DNA of 32,000 nucleotides. It comes from Shewanella chilikensis (lineage in GTDB: Bacteria; Pseudomonadota; Gammaproteobacteria; Enterobacterales; Shewanellaceae). The stretch lies in assembly GCF_002836945.1 (NCBI RefSeq), contig NZ_NIJM01000032.1, positions 7,180-39,179 on the forward strand, in the 5' to 3' direction. The notes under the pieces are model-generated. The model saw only the letters and a list, made by a program, of their open reading frames with translations, was not told the DNA's origin and searched no databases. Shown in pieces: positions 19,276-28,979 of this stretch (position 1 is the stretch's first letter; each line of letters starts with the position of its first letter). The position numbers and the translations under genes were made by a program.

Positions 19276-20113
19276 AGCGTCCTCACACTCTTGTCGTTAT
19301 GAGTTTTGATGGGGGTCGCAACCCTTGGCTGCGACCTGCCAAGTGCAGTCGAATCAAAGACCACACTCTGCGCAAGATTATCCTTAAAGACACTCAGGAT
19401 AACAAATAATGACACGAGACCAAGATCACAAAGGGGTAGCTATGACAAATTGAACCACAAAGCCAACCAGAATCAGCATTAAAACCCAGCAATAAAACAA
19501 AAAATGGTTTATAACACCAAAACGAACAAAAATTGCACCAAAAGACATTTTGTCCAAATGCATAGGTAAATTTTGTCCCAGCAATAAAAAAGCAGGATGA
19601 ATAACCATTAAATGAGACTCAATCGACGGGAAAGAGAAAAGAATAGTGCTAAAAAAGCCGACAGCGAAGACAAGGGGAGATAACTGAATGAAGGAATATA
19701 ACAGATAAAACAAAGTATTACATCATTAACACCTTTACACTATCTGCAGTAGCCAACCGGAGGAACAGAATAACCGCCATCAAGTCAAATTGACCCACCG
19801 CCTAAAAAACAGTCAAATACTAAACGACAGATAAGCCACTCACAAATGTAAAGATTGTCAGTTTTTATCAAAAATATCCTGCCGCTATTGGCGAATCAGG
19901 CATAGCGGACACTGATTTGAGCCAAAGGCCACTCAGCAGAGTCTCATCTGTACCTATCAGGAAAGCATCTCAGTTAAGCGTCCATGACGCCGATAATATT
20001 GCTAAAGGCCTGGTCAGGTTCAAGGAGACGGAGCCAAACAAGCAATGGCCCGTTTTCGAGCTTCAAGCTATTACCGCAAAAGAACAGCACCTATCGCTCG
20101 AGAGGCGCCAAGC

Positions 20114-20143
20114 AAAAAGCCACTGCAGTTGCAGTGGCTTTTT
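20114..20143. terminator. Bidirectional rho-independent terminator downstream of ssb
   Basis: AAAAAGCCACTGCA GT TGCAGTGGCTTTTT: a 9-bp stem flanked by an A-run and a T-run. Confidence 0.7.
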
Positions 20144-20179
20144 CTGGTATCAAGCACAAGTGCCTATCTCCAATAGACC

Positions 20180-20875
20180 TCAGAATGGGATATCATCATC
20201 CCAGCCGTCATCCAGATCCGGCGTGTAGTTCTGCTGTTGTGGCTGAGGCTGTGGTGCCGGACGCTGCTGTGGAGCCGCCTGTTGTGGCGCTGGCTGCTGT
20301 GGCTTGGGCGCATAACCTGAGTTCTGCTGCTGACCATAGCTTTGCTGCTGCGGCGCGTTGTACTGCTGCTGTGGTTGCTGTGGCTGTTGTGGTTGCTGAG
20401 CAGGCTTGGGCTGATAGCCGCCGGACTGCTGTGGCGCATTGTATTGAGACTGTGCCTGACCACCGCCGTAACCACCTTGGTTCATACCGCCCTGATTGCC
20501 GCCCTGGCTCATACCACCTTGATTTTGGTTACGGCCACCCAGCATCTGCATGGTACCGCCCATATCGACAACCACTTCAGTGGTGTACTTATCCTGACCG
20601 CTCTGATCTTTCCACTTGCGGGTCTGCAGCTTGCCTTCCAGATACACTTGTGAGCCTTTGCGCAGGTACTCACCGGCAATTTCAGCCAGCTTGCCGAACA
20701 TGACAACCCTGTGCCACTCGGTACGCTCTTGCTGTTGGCCCTGTTGGTCCTTCCATGACTCACTGGTGGCCACTGTGATATTCGCTACGGCGTTGCCGTT
20801 TGGCATGTAGCGCACCTCTGGGTCCTGCCCCAGATTGCCCACCAGAATTACCTTATTAACACCACGACTGGCCAT
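20180..20875 (-). CDS. ssb: Single-stranded DNA-binding protein with an expanded Gln/Pro/Gly-rich linker
   Basis: N-terminal OB fold [26 protein letters not shown]... and the canonical acidic tip DDDIPF. It is 231 aa, against about 178 aa in E. coli. Confidence 0.95.
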   Translation of the reverse strand: MASRGVNKVILVGNLGQDPEVRYMPNGNAVANITVATSESWKDQQGQQQERTEWHRVVMFGKLAEIAGEYLRKGSQVYLEGKLQTRKWKDQSGQDKYTTEVVVDMGGTMQMLGGRNQNQGGMSQGGNQGGMNQGGYGGGQAQSQYNAPQQSGGYQPKPAQQPQQPQQPQQQYNAPQQQSYGQQQNSGYAPKPQQPAPQQAAPQQRPAPQPQPQQQNYTPDLDDGWDDDIPF

Positions 20876-20908
20876 CGAAATCTCCTGCGATTTTCACTTA
20901 AACTTAGC

Positions 20909-22276
20909 TTAATTGACAGAGCCTAACACAGCTCTGGCTTGTCTTAAATCGAATTGATCGTTCACCTTGAGGTAAGCGACTCTTTCTTCCAAAACCACTA
21001 TGGCTTCGGCAACCCCCGGCAATTGAGAAAGCTCGGCGGCCATCTTCTGCGCCTGCTCACGGCCACTCACTTGGGCCTCTAGAGTATAACTCTTGAGCAG
21101 CACAGGATTTTTCATTCCCAGGGTCAATGCCAGCCAGATAATCAGCAGCACCACTGCCACGCTAAACACTCCGGCAGCGCCCATGATTTGATAGGCGCCA
21201 CCACCGAGCAAACCGCCACAGAAGGCGCCGAGAAACTGACTGGTGGAATACACCCCCATGGCAGAGCCTTTGGCTCCCACGGGACAAAATTTGGCGATCA
21301 GGCTGGGCAGCGAGGCTTCCAAGTAGTTAAAGCCGGTAAAGAAGGCCACTATGGCCAACGCCAACACCCAAAGACTATGGGAAAACAGCGCCATCGCCAG
21401 CAAAGAGGCCAGCATGATCAACAAAGCAAACTGAAACATCCCCTTGGTATTGTTGCGCTTCACGCCGATGATGATCAGCGGCACCATCAAAAAGAAGGCG
21501 CCGACAAAGGCCGGAAAATACAGCATCCAGTGCTTTTCTTTAACAAGACCTGCGTCCACCAAGTCCAGCGGCAATGCCACGAATACCGCCGTCAGCACCA
21601 AATGCAGAATAAAAATACCGGCATCGAGGCGAAACAACTGCGGATCTTTAAGCATATTTTTCAGCTTGCCCGGTTCCGCCATGGTATCGCCCTTGGGCGC
21701 ATGGGCCACAGGGTTGGGCACCAGCAGTTGCACTATCAGCATACCCAGCAGCGCCAGGCCCGCAGTCAGGGCAAACAAGCCCGATAGCCCAAGATGCTGC
21801 GCCACCACAGGCCCCACCAGCAGCGACAAGGCAAAGGAGAAACCTATGCACATACCTATGATAGCCATCACCTTGGTGCGTTGCTCATCCCGGGTAAGAT
21901 CCGCCGCCAATGCCAGCACCGCGGCGGCGATGGCGCCCATACCCTGCAGAGCACGGCCGGCGACAACGCCGTAAATACTGTCGGACATAGCCGCCAGGAC
22001 ACTGCCGAGGGCAAACACCAACAGGCCGCCGAGGATAACCGGCTTGCGGCCAATTCTGTCTGACAGTATCCCCATGGGGATCTGCAGTATCGCTTGAGTC
22101 AGACCATAGGCGCCGATGGCAATACCCACCCACAGAGGTGAGAAGCCTTTGAGATCTTGTCCATAGAGCGCGAAGACAGGCATGATCATGAACAAGCCCA
22201 TCATGCGCAGCCCAAATACACTGGCTAATGAGAACGCGACTTTTCTTTCTGTGCCGGAAAGTCCACCGTTGGCCAT
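20909..22276 (-). CDS. MFS transporter with a ~60-aa soluble C-terminal domain
   Basis: 455 aa with about 12 TM helices and an MFS loop motif (GILSDRIGRKP). The C-terminal tail YTLEAQVSGREQAQKMAAELSQLPGVAEAIVVLEERVAYLKV... resembles a small alpha/beta domain. Confidence 0.85.
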   Translation of the reverse strand: MANGGLSGTERKVAFSLASVFGLRMMGLFMIMPVFALYGQDLKGFSPLWVGIAIGAYGLTQAILQIPMGILSDRIGRKPVILGGLLVFALGSVLAAMSDSIYGVVAGRALQGMGAIAAAVLALAADLTRDEQRTKVMAIIGMCIGFSFALSLLVGPVVAQHLGLSGLFALTAGLALLGMLIVQLLVPNPVAHAPKGDTMAEPGKLKNMLKDPQLFRLDAGIFILHLVLTAVFVALPLDLVDAGLVKEKHWMLYFPAFVGAFFLMVPLIIIGVKRNNTKGMFQFALLIMLASLLAMALFSHSLWVLALAIVAFFTGFNYLEASLPSLIAKFCPVGAKGSAMGVYSTSQFLGAFCGGLLGGGAYQIMGAAGVFSVAVVLLIIWLALTLGMKNPVLLKSYTLEAQVSGREQAQKMAAELSQLPGVAEAIVVLEERVAYLKVNDQFDLRQARAVLGSVN

Positions 22277-22388
22277 AGTTTATGCCCTGGATTAAGAATT
22301 TTTTAAGGGAGCGCATGTTACCACGAAGGTTTTGAACAGCTCAAAGAGAAAAACCCAAGTCGCCCTCAGCCCACGACTGAAGGCTTGT

Positions 22389-22410
22389 TACTGACAGTAT
22401 GCTGTCAGTA
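22389..22410. promoter_or_regulatory. Perfect 9-4-9 palindrome in the divergent MFS-ssb / uvrA control region (candidate operator)
   Basis: TACTGACAG TATG CTGTCAGTA. The outer TACTG...CAGTA arms resemble an SOS box, but CTG and CAG are separated by 12 nt rather than 10. Confidence 0.4.
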
Positions 22411-22497
22411 GGACAAATGCGCCGCCGCTATCGGCACAGCGCAAAATATGTGATACTTGTGCTCTTTTTCTCCAGTGATTAGCCAAAGTAGAGACTG

Positions 22498-25320
22498 ATG
22501 GACAAGATAGACATTCGCGGTGCCAGAACCCACAATCTCAAGAACATCAATCTGACCATTCCCCGAGACAAACTCATTGTTATTACAGGCTTATCTGGTT
22601 CGGGTAAATCTTCTCTCGCCTTCGATACCCTCTACGCCGAAGGTCAGCGGCGCTATGTGGAATCCCTGTCGGCCTATGCCCGCCAATTTTTGAGTCTGAT
22701 GGAAAAACCGGACGTGGATCATATCGAAGGCCTGAGCCCGGCGATCTCGATTGAACAGAAGTCCACTTCCCACAACCCGCGCTCTACCGTGGGAACCATT
22801 ACCGAAATCTACGACTATCTCAGATTGCTGTTTGCCCGCGTGGGTGAGCCCCGTTGCCCGGTTCACGGCCAGCCGCTGGCGGCACAAACTGTTAGCCAAA
22901 TGGTAGACAAGGTGCTGGAGCGCCCCGAAGGCGAGCGCCTGATGCTGTTGGCCCCCGTAGTGCAGGGCCGCAAGGGTGAACATGTCAAATTACTGGAGAA
23001 CCTGGCGGCCCAGGGCTATATTCGCGCCCGGATCGATGGCGAGGTGTGCGATCTGTCCGACCCGCCGCCACTGGATCTGCATGTAAAACACAATATCGAT
23101 GTGGTGGTTGACCGCTTCAAGGTACGCGAAGATCTGCAGCAGCGGCTGGCGGAATCTTTCGAAACCGCACTGGAGCTGTCCGGCGGTGTGGCCACTGTAG
23201 CCAGCATGGAGGAAGGCAGCAATGAAGAGTTACTGTTCTCCGCCAACTTCGCCTGCCCTCACTGTGGTTACTCCATGGCCGAGTTGGAACCCAGGCTGTT
23301 TTCCTTCAACAACCCAGCGGGTGCCTGCCCGACCTGTGACGGCCTCGGGGTACAGCAGTTTTTCGATCCCGATCGGGTGATCACCAACGACGAGCTGTCG
23401 CTGGCGGGTGGCGCCATTCGAGGCTGGGACAGACGCAACTTCTACTATTTCCAGATGCTCACCTCACTGGCCGAGCATTACGGCTTCGATGTGGAAACCC
23501 CCTTTGGCGATCTCCCTGCCAAAGTGAAGAAGATAGTGCTCTATGGCTCAGGCAAAGAGAATGTCGCCTTCCGTTATATCAACGACCGCGGCGATGTAGT
23601 GGTTCGCAACCACCCGTTCGAGGGCATCCTCAACAACATGGACAGACGCTACCGGGAGACAGAGTCCAACTCGGTGCGTGAAGAGCTGGCCAAATATATC
23701 AGCAACCAGGCCTGTTCCAGCTGTGGCGGCTCACGCCTGCGCGAAGAGGCCCGCAACGTATTTATCGGCAATATCAATCTGCCGGAGTTGACCACCTGGT
23801 CCATTGGCGAGGCCAGCGACTACTTCGCCACCCTGGGCTTTGAGGGGCAAAAGGCACAGATAGCCGAGAAGATCCTCAAGGAAGTGGGCGATCGCCTGGG
23901 CTTTTTGGTCAATGTCGGCCTCAACTACCTGAGTTTGTCTCGTTCGGCAGAAACCCTCTCAGGTGGCGAGGCGCAGCGGATCCGTCTGGCCAGCCAAATT
24001 GGCGCCGGTCTGGTCGGGGTGATGTATGTACTCGATGAACCTTCGATTGGTTTGCATCAGCGCGACAACGAGCGCCTGCTCAACACCCTCACTCACCTGC
24101 GGGACTTGGGCAACACTGTGATTGTGGTTGAACACGATGAAGACGCCATCCGCATGGCGGATCATATTATTGATATCGGCCCCGGCGCCGGGGTGCATGG
24201 CGGTGAAGTGATCTGTGACGGTGACATCAACGCCATCATGGCCTGTGAAGCATCTGTTACCGGCCAATATATGTCCGGCAAGAAAAAGATCACTGTGGCC
24301 GGAGGTCGGGTGCCCTGCGATCCCGGCAAGATGATCAAGCTGTTCGGTGCCAGCGGCAACAACCTCAAGCAGGTGGATCTGGAGATCCCGGTCGGGCTGC
24401 TGACCTGTGTCACCGGGGTATCCGGCTCAGGCAAGTCCACCCTGATCAACGACACCTTCTTCAAGATTGCCCATCGCATGCTCAACGGCGCCACCGCCGA
24501 AGAGCCGGCGCCCTATGAGCGTATCGAGGGCATGGAGCTGTGCGACAAGGTGGTGGACATAGATCAAAGCCCCATAGGCCGCACGCCGCGCTCCAATCCG
24601 GCCACCTACACCGGCATATTTACCCCGATCCGCGAGCTGTTTTCGGCGACTCAGGAATCCCGTACCCGCGGCTATCAGCCGGGGCGTTTCTCCTTCAATG
24701 TCAAGGGCGGCCGCTGTGAGGCCTGTCAGGGTGACGGCCTTATCAAAGTAGAGATGCACTTCCTGCCGGATGTGTACGTGCCTTGCGATGTCTGTAAGGG
24801 CAAGCGCTACAACCGTGAAACGCTGGAAGTGAAGTACAAGGGTAAGAACATTCACGAAGTGCTGCAGATGACGGTCGAGGAAGCCCGTGTGTTCTTCGAT
24901 GCGGTGCCGGCCATTGCCCGTAAACTGCAAACCCTGATGGATGTCGGTCTGTCTTATATACGTTTGGGCCAGAGCGCCACCACCCTTTCCGGCGGCGAGG
25001 CTCAGCGGGTCAAACTGGCTAAAGAGCTGTCGAAGCGGGATACAGGTAAGACCCTCTATATTCTGGATGAACCCACCACAGGGCTGCACTTTGCCGATAT
25101 CCAACTGCTGCTGGATGTACTGCACAGACTCAAGTCCCAGGGCAACACCATAGTGGTGATTGAACACAATCTGGATGTGATCAAGACAGCCGACTGGATA
25201 GTGGATCTGGGGCCGGAAGGTGGTTCGGGTGGCGGCACTATTCTGGTGGCCGGCACCCCGGAGCAGGTAGCCGAGCATCCAGAGTCCCATACCGCCCGCT
25301 TCCTTAAACCTATGCTGTGA
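22498..25320 (+). CDS. uvrA: Excinuclease ABC subunit A
   Basis: 940 aa with two ABC modules (Walker [10 protein letters not shown] and GVSGSGKST; signature LSGGEAQR twice) and zinc-finger Cys motifs ([25 protein letters not shown]). Confidence 0.97.
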   Translation: MDKIDIRGARTHNLKNINLTIPRDKLIVITGLSGSGKSSLAFDTLYAEGQRRYVESLSAYARQFLSLMEKPDVDHIEGLSPAISIEQKSTSHNPRSTVGTITEIYDYLRLLFARVGEPRCPVHGQPLAAQTVSQMVDKVLERPEGERLMLLAPVVQGRKGEHVKLLENLAAQGYIRARIDGEVCDLSDPPPLDLHVKHNIDVVVDRFKVREDLQQRLAESFETALELSGGVATVASMEEGSNEELLFSANFACPHCGYSMAELEPRLFSFNNPAGACPTCDGLGVQQFFDPDRVITNDELSLAGGAIRGWDRRNFYYFQMLTSLAEHYGFDVETPFGDLPAKVKKIVLYGSGKENVAFRYINDRGDVVVRNHPFEGILNNMDRRYRETESNSVREELAKYISNQACSSCGGSRLREEARNVFIGNINLPELTTWSIGEASDYFATLGFEGQKAQIAEKILKEVGDRLGFLVNVGLNYLSLSRSAETLSGGEAQRIRLASQIGAGLVGVMYVLDEPSIGLHQRDNERLLNTLTHLRDLGNTVIVVEHDEDAIRMADHIIDIGPGAGVHGGEVICDGDINAIMACEASVTGQYMSGKKKITVAGGRVPCDPGKMIKLFGASGNNLKQVDLEIPVGLLTCVTGVSGSGKSTLINDTFFKIAHRMLNGATAEEPAPYERIEGMELCDKVVDIDQSPIGRTPRSNPATYTGIFTPIRELFSATQESRTRGYQPGRFSFNVKGGRCEACQGDGLIKVEMHFLPDVYVPCDVCKGKRYNRETLEVKYKGKNIHEVLQMTVEEARVFFDAVPAIARKLQTLMDVGLSYIRLGQSATTLSGGEAQRVKLAKELSKRDTGKTLYILDEPTTGLHFADIQLLLDVLHRLKSQGNTIVVIEHNLDVIKTADWIVDLGPEGGSGGGTILVAGTPEQVAEHPESHTARFLKPML

Positions 25321-25321
25321 G

Positions 25322-25678
25322 GTGACTGTGACAGGCAACAGACTACTGTTATTGGCCCTGGTTATCTGTATGGCGGGTTTATTACTGGCAGCCTTGGACC
25401 CCTTGGTAGGCAACTGCAAACGCTATTTGGGTGAAGTGGTCCATTCCGGCCCGGATGGCACTACCGTCGCCCTGCCCGATGGCCGCACGGCGCTGGTTGA
25501 ACCCAGTGCCCTGCCCCCGGCGACTCTGGTCACCATAGGCGCCAAGCGTCATTTGGTATCGGGAATAGAGGTATTCAAGCTCAAAGGCCGAGCAGAGGCA
25601 GATACGCCTTCGGCCAGCCATGGCGGCAATCCCCTACCGCCCGGCTATCAGGGCGGCGTGGCACAAGCCGCGAAATAA
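25322..25678 (+). CDS. Hypothetical small protein with an N-terminal hydrophobic segment
   Basis: ORF immediately after the uvrA stop. The start is uncertain: GTG at 25322, GTG at 25328 (GAGG 5 nt upstream), or an internal ATG. It has one N-terminal TM/signal-like helix. I recognise no family motif. Confidence 0.45.
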   Translation: MTVTGNRLLLLALVICMAGLLLAALDPLVGNCKRYLGEVVHSGPDGTTVALPDGRTALVEPSALPPATLVTIGAKRHLVSGIEVFKLKGRAEADTPSASHGGNPLPPGYQGGVAQAAK

Positions 25679-25751
25679 GCAGGCAAACCTGTCTCGGAGA
25701 ATGGTATAAACTGCAACATAGCTTGAGTTGATTACCCTTGCCGGAGGCAGG

Positions 25752-26783
25752 ATGCCGATGACACTCTCTATCCACCCGCCGCTGTGGGCACTCTCTATTC
25801 GCTCTCCGCTGTGGGCACTCCTATTGATATTGCCGATGCTTGCTGCCGGTTGCAGCAGTTCGCCCGAACGCTGCGGCGCTGAGATTCAACTGAACTGGGC
25901 CGAGACAAAGCAGCTGCAACAGGATATCGAAATGCTTGCCTCGCCCAGGCTGCAAGGTCGGCGCAGCGGCACCCAAGGCGCTGCGCTGACCCGCGAGTAC
26001 CTCACAGAGCGCTTTGAACAAATCGGCCTGCAGCCGCTCACTTCGGTATTTCCGCCCCTGGCCGAGACTCTGAGCGGCTTTCAACACTCATTCAACTATG
26101 TCGATGGCTTTGCCGACGCTCGGGGCATCAACCTTTTGGGCTGGCTGCCGGCTGCCGAACCGACCACTGAGTGGCGCCTGCTGATTGCCCACTATGATCA
26201 CCTGGGCGATCGCGGCCCGGGCTTTTATCCGGGAGCCGACGACAACGCCTCTGGCGTGGCGGCCTTGTTGGCCATAGCCCGAAGAGTCAAACAAGCGCCC
26301 AGTCGCTATAACCTGCTATTTATTGCCAGTGACGCCGAAGAACCCGGACTCTATGGCAGCAAGGCCTTGGTGAGCGCATTGCAACAAAGCGGTTTTGCCG
26401 AGCACATCTCGCTGGCGGTCAATCTGGATATGATAGGCAGACCCGGGCTTCCCTATGCCATCTACCTCGAAGGCAGCCGCTATTTCCGCCACTATGATGA
26501 CTTCAGCGCCTATCTGATGGCGGGCACAGGGCTGTGCATTCGCCCCAGTCATCCGCGCCCTATTGGTCGCAGCGTGCAGCGCAGCGACTGGCTCAGGGCC
26601 TCGGATCATTATCCCTTCCACCAGGCTGGGATCCCCTGGCTCTATTTCGGCGTTCCCGCCCACGCCCAGTACCATACCCGTGATGACACGCCCGACAGAC
26701 TGGATTATCCTTTTATCGGCGCCGTGACCGAAGCGGCCGATCTGCTGCTGCGACTGCCATCGGAACAGCTACAAAACCGATAG
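25752..26783 (+). CDS. M28-family zinc aminopeptidase, probable lipoprotein
   Basis: GGAGG lies 4 nt before the ATG at 25752. There is a lipobox LAAGC. M28-like metal-ligand context is present (HYDHLG, GADDNASG, DAEEPGLYGS, NLDMIG, SDHYPF). Confidence 0.8.
   Translation: MPMTLSIHPPLWALSIRSPLWALLLILPMLAAGCSSSPERCGAEIQLNWAETKQLQQDIEMLASPRLQGRRSGTQGAALTREYLTERFEQIGLQPLTSVFPPLAETLSGFQHSFNYVDGFADARGINLLGWLPAAEPTTEWRLLIAHYDHLGDRGPGFYPGADDNASGVAALLAIARRVKQAPSRYNLLFIASDAEEPGLYGSKALVSALQQSGFAEHISLAVNLDMIGRPGLPYAIYLEGSRYFRHYDDFSAYLMAGTGLCIRPSHPRPIGRSVQRSDWLRASDHYPFHQAGIPWLYFGVPAHAQYHTRDDTPDRLDYPFIGAVTEAADLLLRLPSEQLQNR
25764..25817 (+). repeat. Imperfect 27-bp tandem duplication inside the peptidase signal-peptide region
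   Basis: Unit 1 (25764-25790) is ctctctatccacccgccgctgtgggca. Unit 2 (25791-25817) is ctctctattcgctctccgctgtgggca. They encode LSIHPPLWA and LSIRSPLWA. Confidence 0.85.
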
Positions 26784-26830
26784 TTGGCCTACTATTTGCT
26801 TTAAATTTGCCATAAAAACACCTTTAGTCG

Positions 26831-26859
26831 TGGAAAATAGCAGATTTCGCTGTTATAAT
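26831..26859 (+). promoter_or_regulatory. Candidate sigma-70 promoter (extended -10) for deaD
   Basis: TGGAAA, a 17-nt spacer, then TATAAT (26854-26859) preceded by TGT. This would give a leader of about 90 nt. Confidence 0.45.
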
Positions 26860-26952
26860 CTGGCGTTTTCGGTGCGGGAAATCGACACGGGGTTGATTTT
26901 CTGTCTGTGAAACTTTCTGCGTCATCCAGACGCGTCCACAAGGCTACAACCC

Positions 26953-28737
26953 ATGTCATCCAGTGAAAAAACTTTCCGAGAACTCGGCCTCTCCGAGGCA
27001 TTGCTGCGTGCTCTAGATGAGCTCGGCTACGAGAACCCGACCCCAATTCAAGCCGCGAGTATCGCCCCCCTGATGGCGGGCCAGGATATTCTTGGCCAGG
27101 CACAGACAGGTACAGGTAAAACCGGTGCCTTCGCTCTGCCTCTGCTTAATGCAACAGATCATAACCTCAACGCACCGCAAATTCTGGTGCTGGCACCGAC
27201 CCGCGAACTGGCGGTACAGGTAGCTGAAGCTTTCTCAAGCTACGCCAAATTCATGAAAGGTTTCCATGTACTGCCTATCTATGGCGGTCAAAGCATGCAC
27301 CAACAGCTGCAGGCGCTGCGTCGCGGCCCTCAGGTAGTCGTTGGTACTCCAGGCCGAGTCATGGACCATATGCGCCGTGGCACCCTCAAGCTCGATAGCC
27401 TCAAGGCTCTGGTGCTGGATGAAGCCGATGAAATGCTGAAAATGGGCTTTATCGACGATATCGAGTGGATCTTGGATCATACTCCGGCCGAGCGTCAGCT
27501 GGCACTGTTCTCTGCCACTATGCCTGAGCAGATCAAGCGGGTTGCCAATAAGCACCTGAACAACCCTGCCACCATCAGCATTGCCGCCAGCCACACCACG
27601 GTTGACTCCATTGAACAGCGTTTTGTACAGGTGTCTCAGCACAATAAACTGGAAGCCCTGGTACGTGTGCTCGAAGTGGAAAACACCGAAGGTATCATCA
27701 TCTTCGTGCGTACCCGTAACTCCTGTGTGGAACTGGCCGAGAAGCTGGAAGCCCGCGGTTACGCCTCATCACCACTGCACGGTGATATGAATCAACAGGC
27801 CCGTGAGCGCGCCGTGGATCAACTCAAGTCCGGTAAGCTGGACATTTTGATTGCCACCGACGTTGCTGCCCGTGGTCTGGACGTTGAGCGTATCGGTCAC
27901 GTGGTCAACTATGACATCCCTTACGATACCGAAGCCTATGTACACCGTATCGGTCGTACCGGCCGCGCCGGTCGTACCGGGATGGCGATTCTGTTTGTGA
28001 CTCACAGAGAGATGCGCATGCTGCGCACCATTGAGCGTGCCACCAACAGCCGTATTTCTCCAATGAAGGTTCCAAGCCCTGAGACTGTGGCCGAGCGCCG
28101 TCTGTCACGTTTGGGCGATCAGGTAGCTGCCACCATAGCCAACGAAGAGCTGGACTTTATGAAGGGCGCCGTGGCTCAACTGTGTCAGCAGTTGGAAGTG
28201 GACACAGATATTCTGGCGGCCGCACTGCTGCAACAAGTACAGCAGGAGCGTCCGCTGCAGTTGCCTCCGATCCAGGAGCGTCAGCGTGACAGCCGAGATG
28301 ATCGTAGCTCACGCGACGATCGTGGTTCGCGCCGTCGTGACTCTCGTCCGGTTCCCGGCGATCTCGGCAAGGCCGATTCCCTGAAGGATAACCCGGATCT
28401 GCAGATGTGCCGTTATGTACTGGATGTGGGTCGTGAGCACGGAGTGGGTGTGGGCAATATCGTGGGTGCCATCGCCAATGAAGCCAGCATAGACAGCCGT
28501 TACATAGGCCAAATCCAACTGTTTGACTCTCTGACTACAGTCGATCTGCCTGCCGGTATGCCTAAAGACGTACTGGCGCACCTGAAGAAAGTTCGGGTAT
28601 GCGGCAAGCCTATTAATATCCGTGAAGCAGGTAGCCAGAGCTTCGAAGGTGAACAGCGCCCTGCTCGTCGCCCTCGCAAGCACTCGGGCGAACGCCGTCC
28701 GGATCGTAAGCCCCGTCGTCGTGATGACCGCAGCTGA
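26953..28737 (+). CDS. deaD: DEAD-box ATP-dependent RNA helicase DeaD/CsdA
   Basis: Motifs AQTGTGKT, PTRELA, DEAD, SAT and HRIGRTGRAG, plus a C-terminal DbpA-type RNA-binding region and an Arg/Asp-rich tail. Length 594 aa. Confidence 0.93.
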   Translation: MSSSEKTFRELGLSEALLRALDELGYENPTPIQAASIAPLMAGQDILGQAQTGTGKTGAFALPLLNATDHNLNAPQILVLAPTRELAVQVAEAFSSYAKFMKGFHVLPIYGGQSMHQQLQALRRGPQVVVGTPGRVMDHMRRGTLKLDSLKALVLDEADEMLKMGFIDDIEWILDHTPAERQLALFSATMPEQIKRVANKHLNNPATISIAASHTTVDSIEQRFVQVSQHNKLEALVRVLEVENTEGIIIFVRTRNSCVELAEKLEARGYASSPLHGDMNQQARERAVDQLKSGKLDILIATDVAARGLDVERIGHVVNYDIPYDTEAYVHRIGRTGRAGRTGMAILFVTHREMRMLRTIERATNSRISPMKVPSPETVAERRLSRLGDQVAATIANEELDFMKGAVAQLCQQLEVDTDILAAALLQQVQQERPLQLPPIQERQRDSRDDRSSRDDRGSRRRDSRPVPGDLGKADSLKDNPDLQMCRYVLDVGREHGVGVGNIVGAIANEASIDSRYIGQIQLFDSLTTVDLPAGMPKDVLAHLKKVRVCGKPINIREAGSQSFEGEQRPARRPRKHSGERRPDRKPRRRDDRS

Positions 28738-28761
28738 TCCAGCGGATTAAATCAACTCGGT

Positions 28762-28796
28762 AAAAATGCCGCTCACTCATGGTGAGCGGCATTTTT
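28762..28796. terminator. Bidirectional rho-independent terminator between deaD and the convergent CWC gene
   Basis: AAAAATGCCGCTCAC TCATG GTGAGCGGCATTTTT. The hairpin overlaps the last codons of the minus-strand CWC ORF. Confidence 0.7.
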
Positions 28797-28979
28797 CTTT
28801 ATATTGATTAAGCAGTGTCGGCAGATACAACTGTGCTTGGGAATATCCCGCAGGGTCAGTTCCAGGTAACTAAAATCAGCCTTCATGCACCAGCAAAGCG
28901 CAGGATCTGTACCGGCCGCCATGGCGCATTGGTTGGCTTGTTGACATACAGGGCAGCGAGCAGCGGACTTTTCGGTCAT
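28773..28979 (-). CDS. Cysteine-rich CWC-type small protein
   Basis: 68 aa with CPVC..C......CWC...CIC..C spacing, as in the cysteine-rich CWC family. Its ATG overlaps the upstream GFA gene stop (ATGA). Confidence 0.7.
   Translation of the reverse strand: MTEKSAARCPVCQQANQCAMAAGTDPALCWCMKADFSYLELTLRDIPKHSCICRHCLINIKKNAAHHE

Noticed and set aside
19411-19432. CRP-like half-site upstream of fdnG (minus strand TGTGATCTTGGTCTCG).
   Set aside because: Only the first half-site matches TGTGA. The second (TCTCG against TCACA) is poor, which is too weak to call without a position-weight-matrix scan or conservation data.
19900-20113. Possible CsrB-like or other small RNA ending at the bidirectional terminator at 20114-20143.
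   Set aside because: Only about three GGA-type motifs are present (CAGGAAA, AAGGAG, ACGGAG), far fewer than in Csr/Rsm decoy RNAs. I cannot recognise a promoter or a known RNA family, and the terminator is adequately explained as the ssb terminator.
19984-20703. 239-aa plus-strand ORF and several about 100-aa ORFs overlapping ssb.
   Set aside because: They are artefacts of the repetitive CAG/CAA/CCG linker of ssb, which lacks stop codons in several frames. The Ala/Val/Cys-rich products show no protein-like features.
22277-22497. A canonical LexA/SOS box (CTGT-N8-ACAG) expected upstream of uvrA.
   Set aside because: I found none by eye in the spacer. Only the off-spacing palindrome at 22389-22410 is present, and it is reported as a finding rather than called a LexA box.
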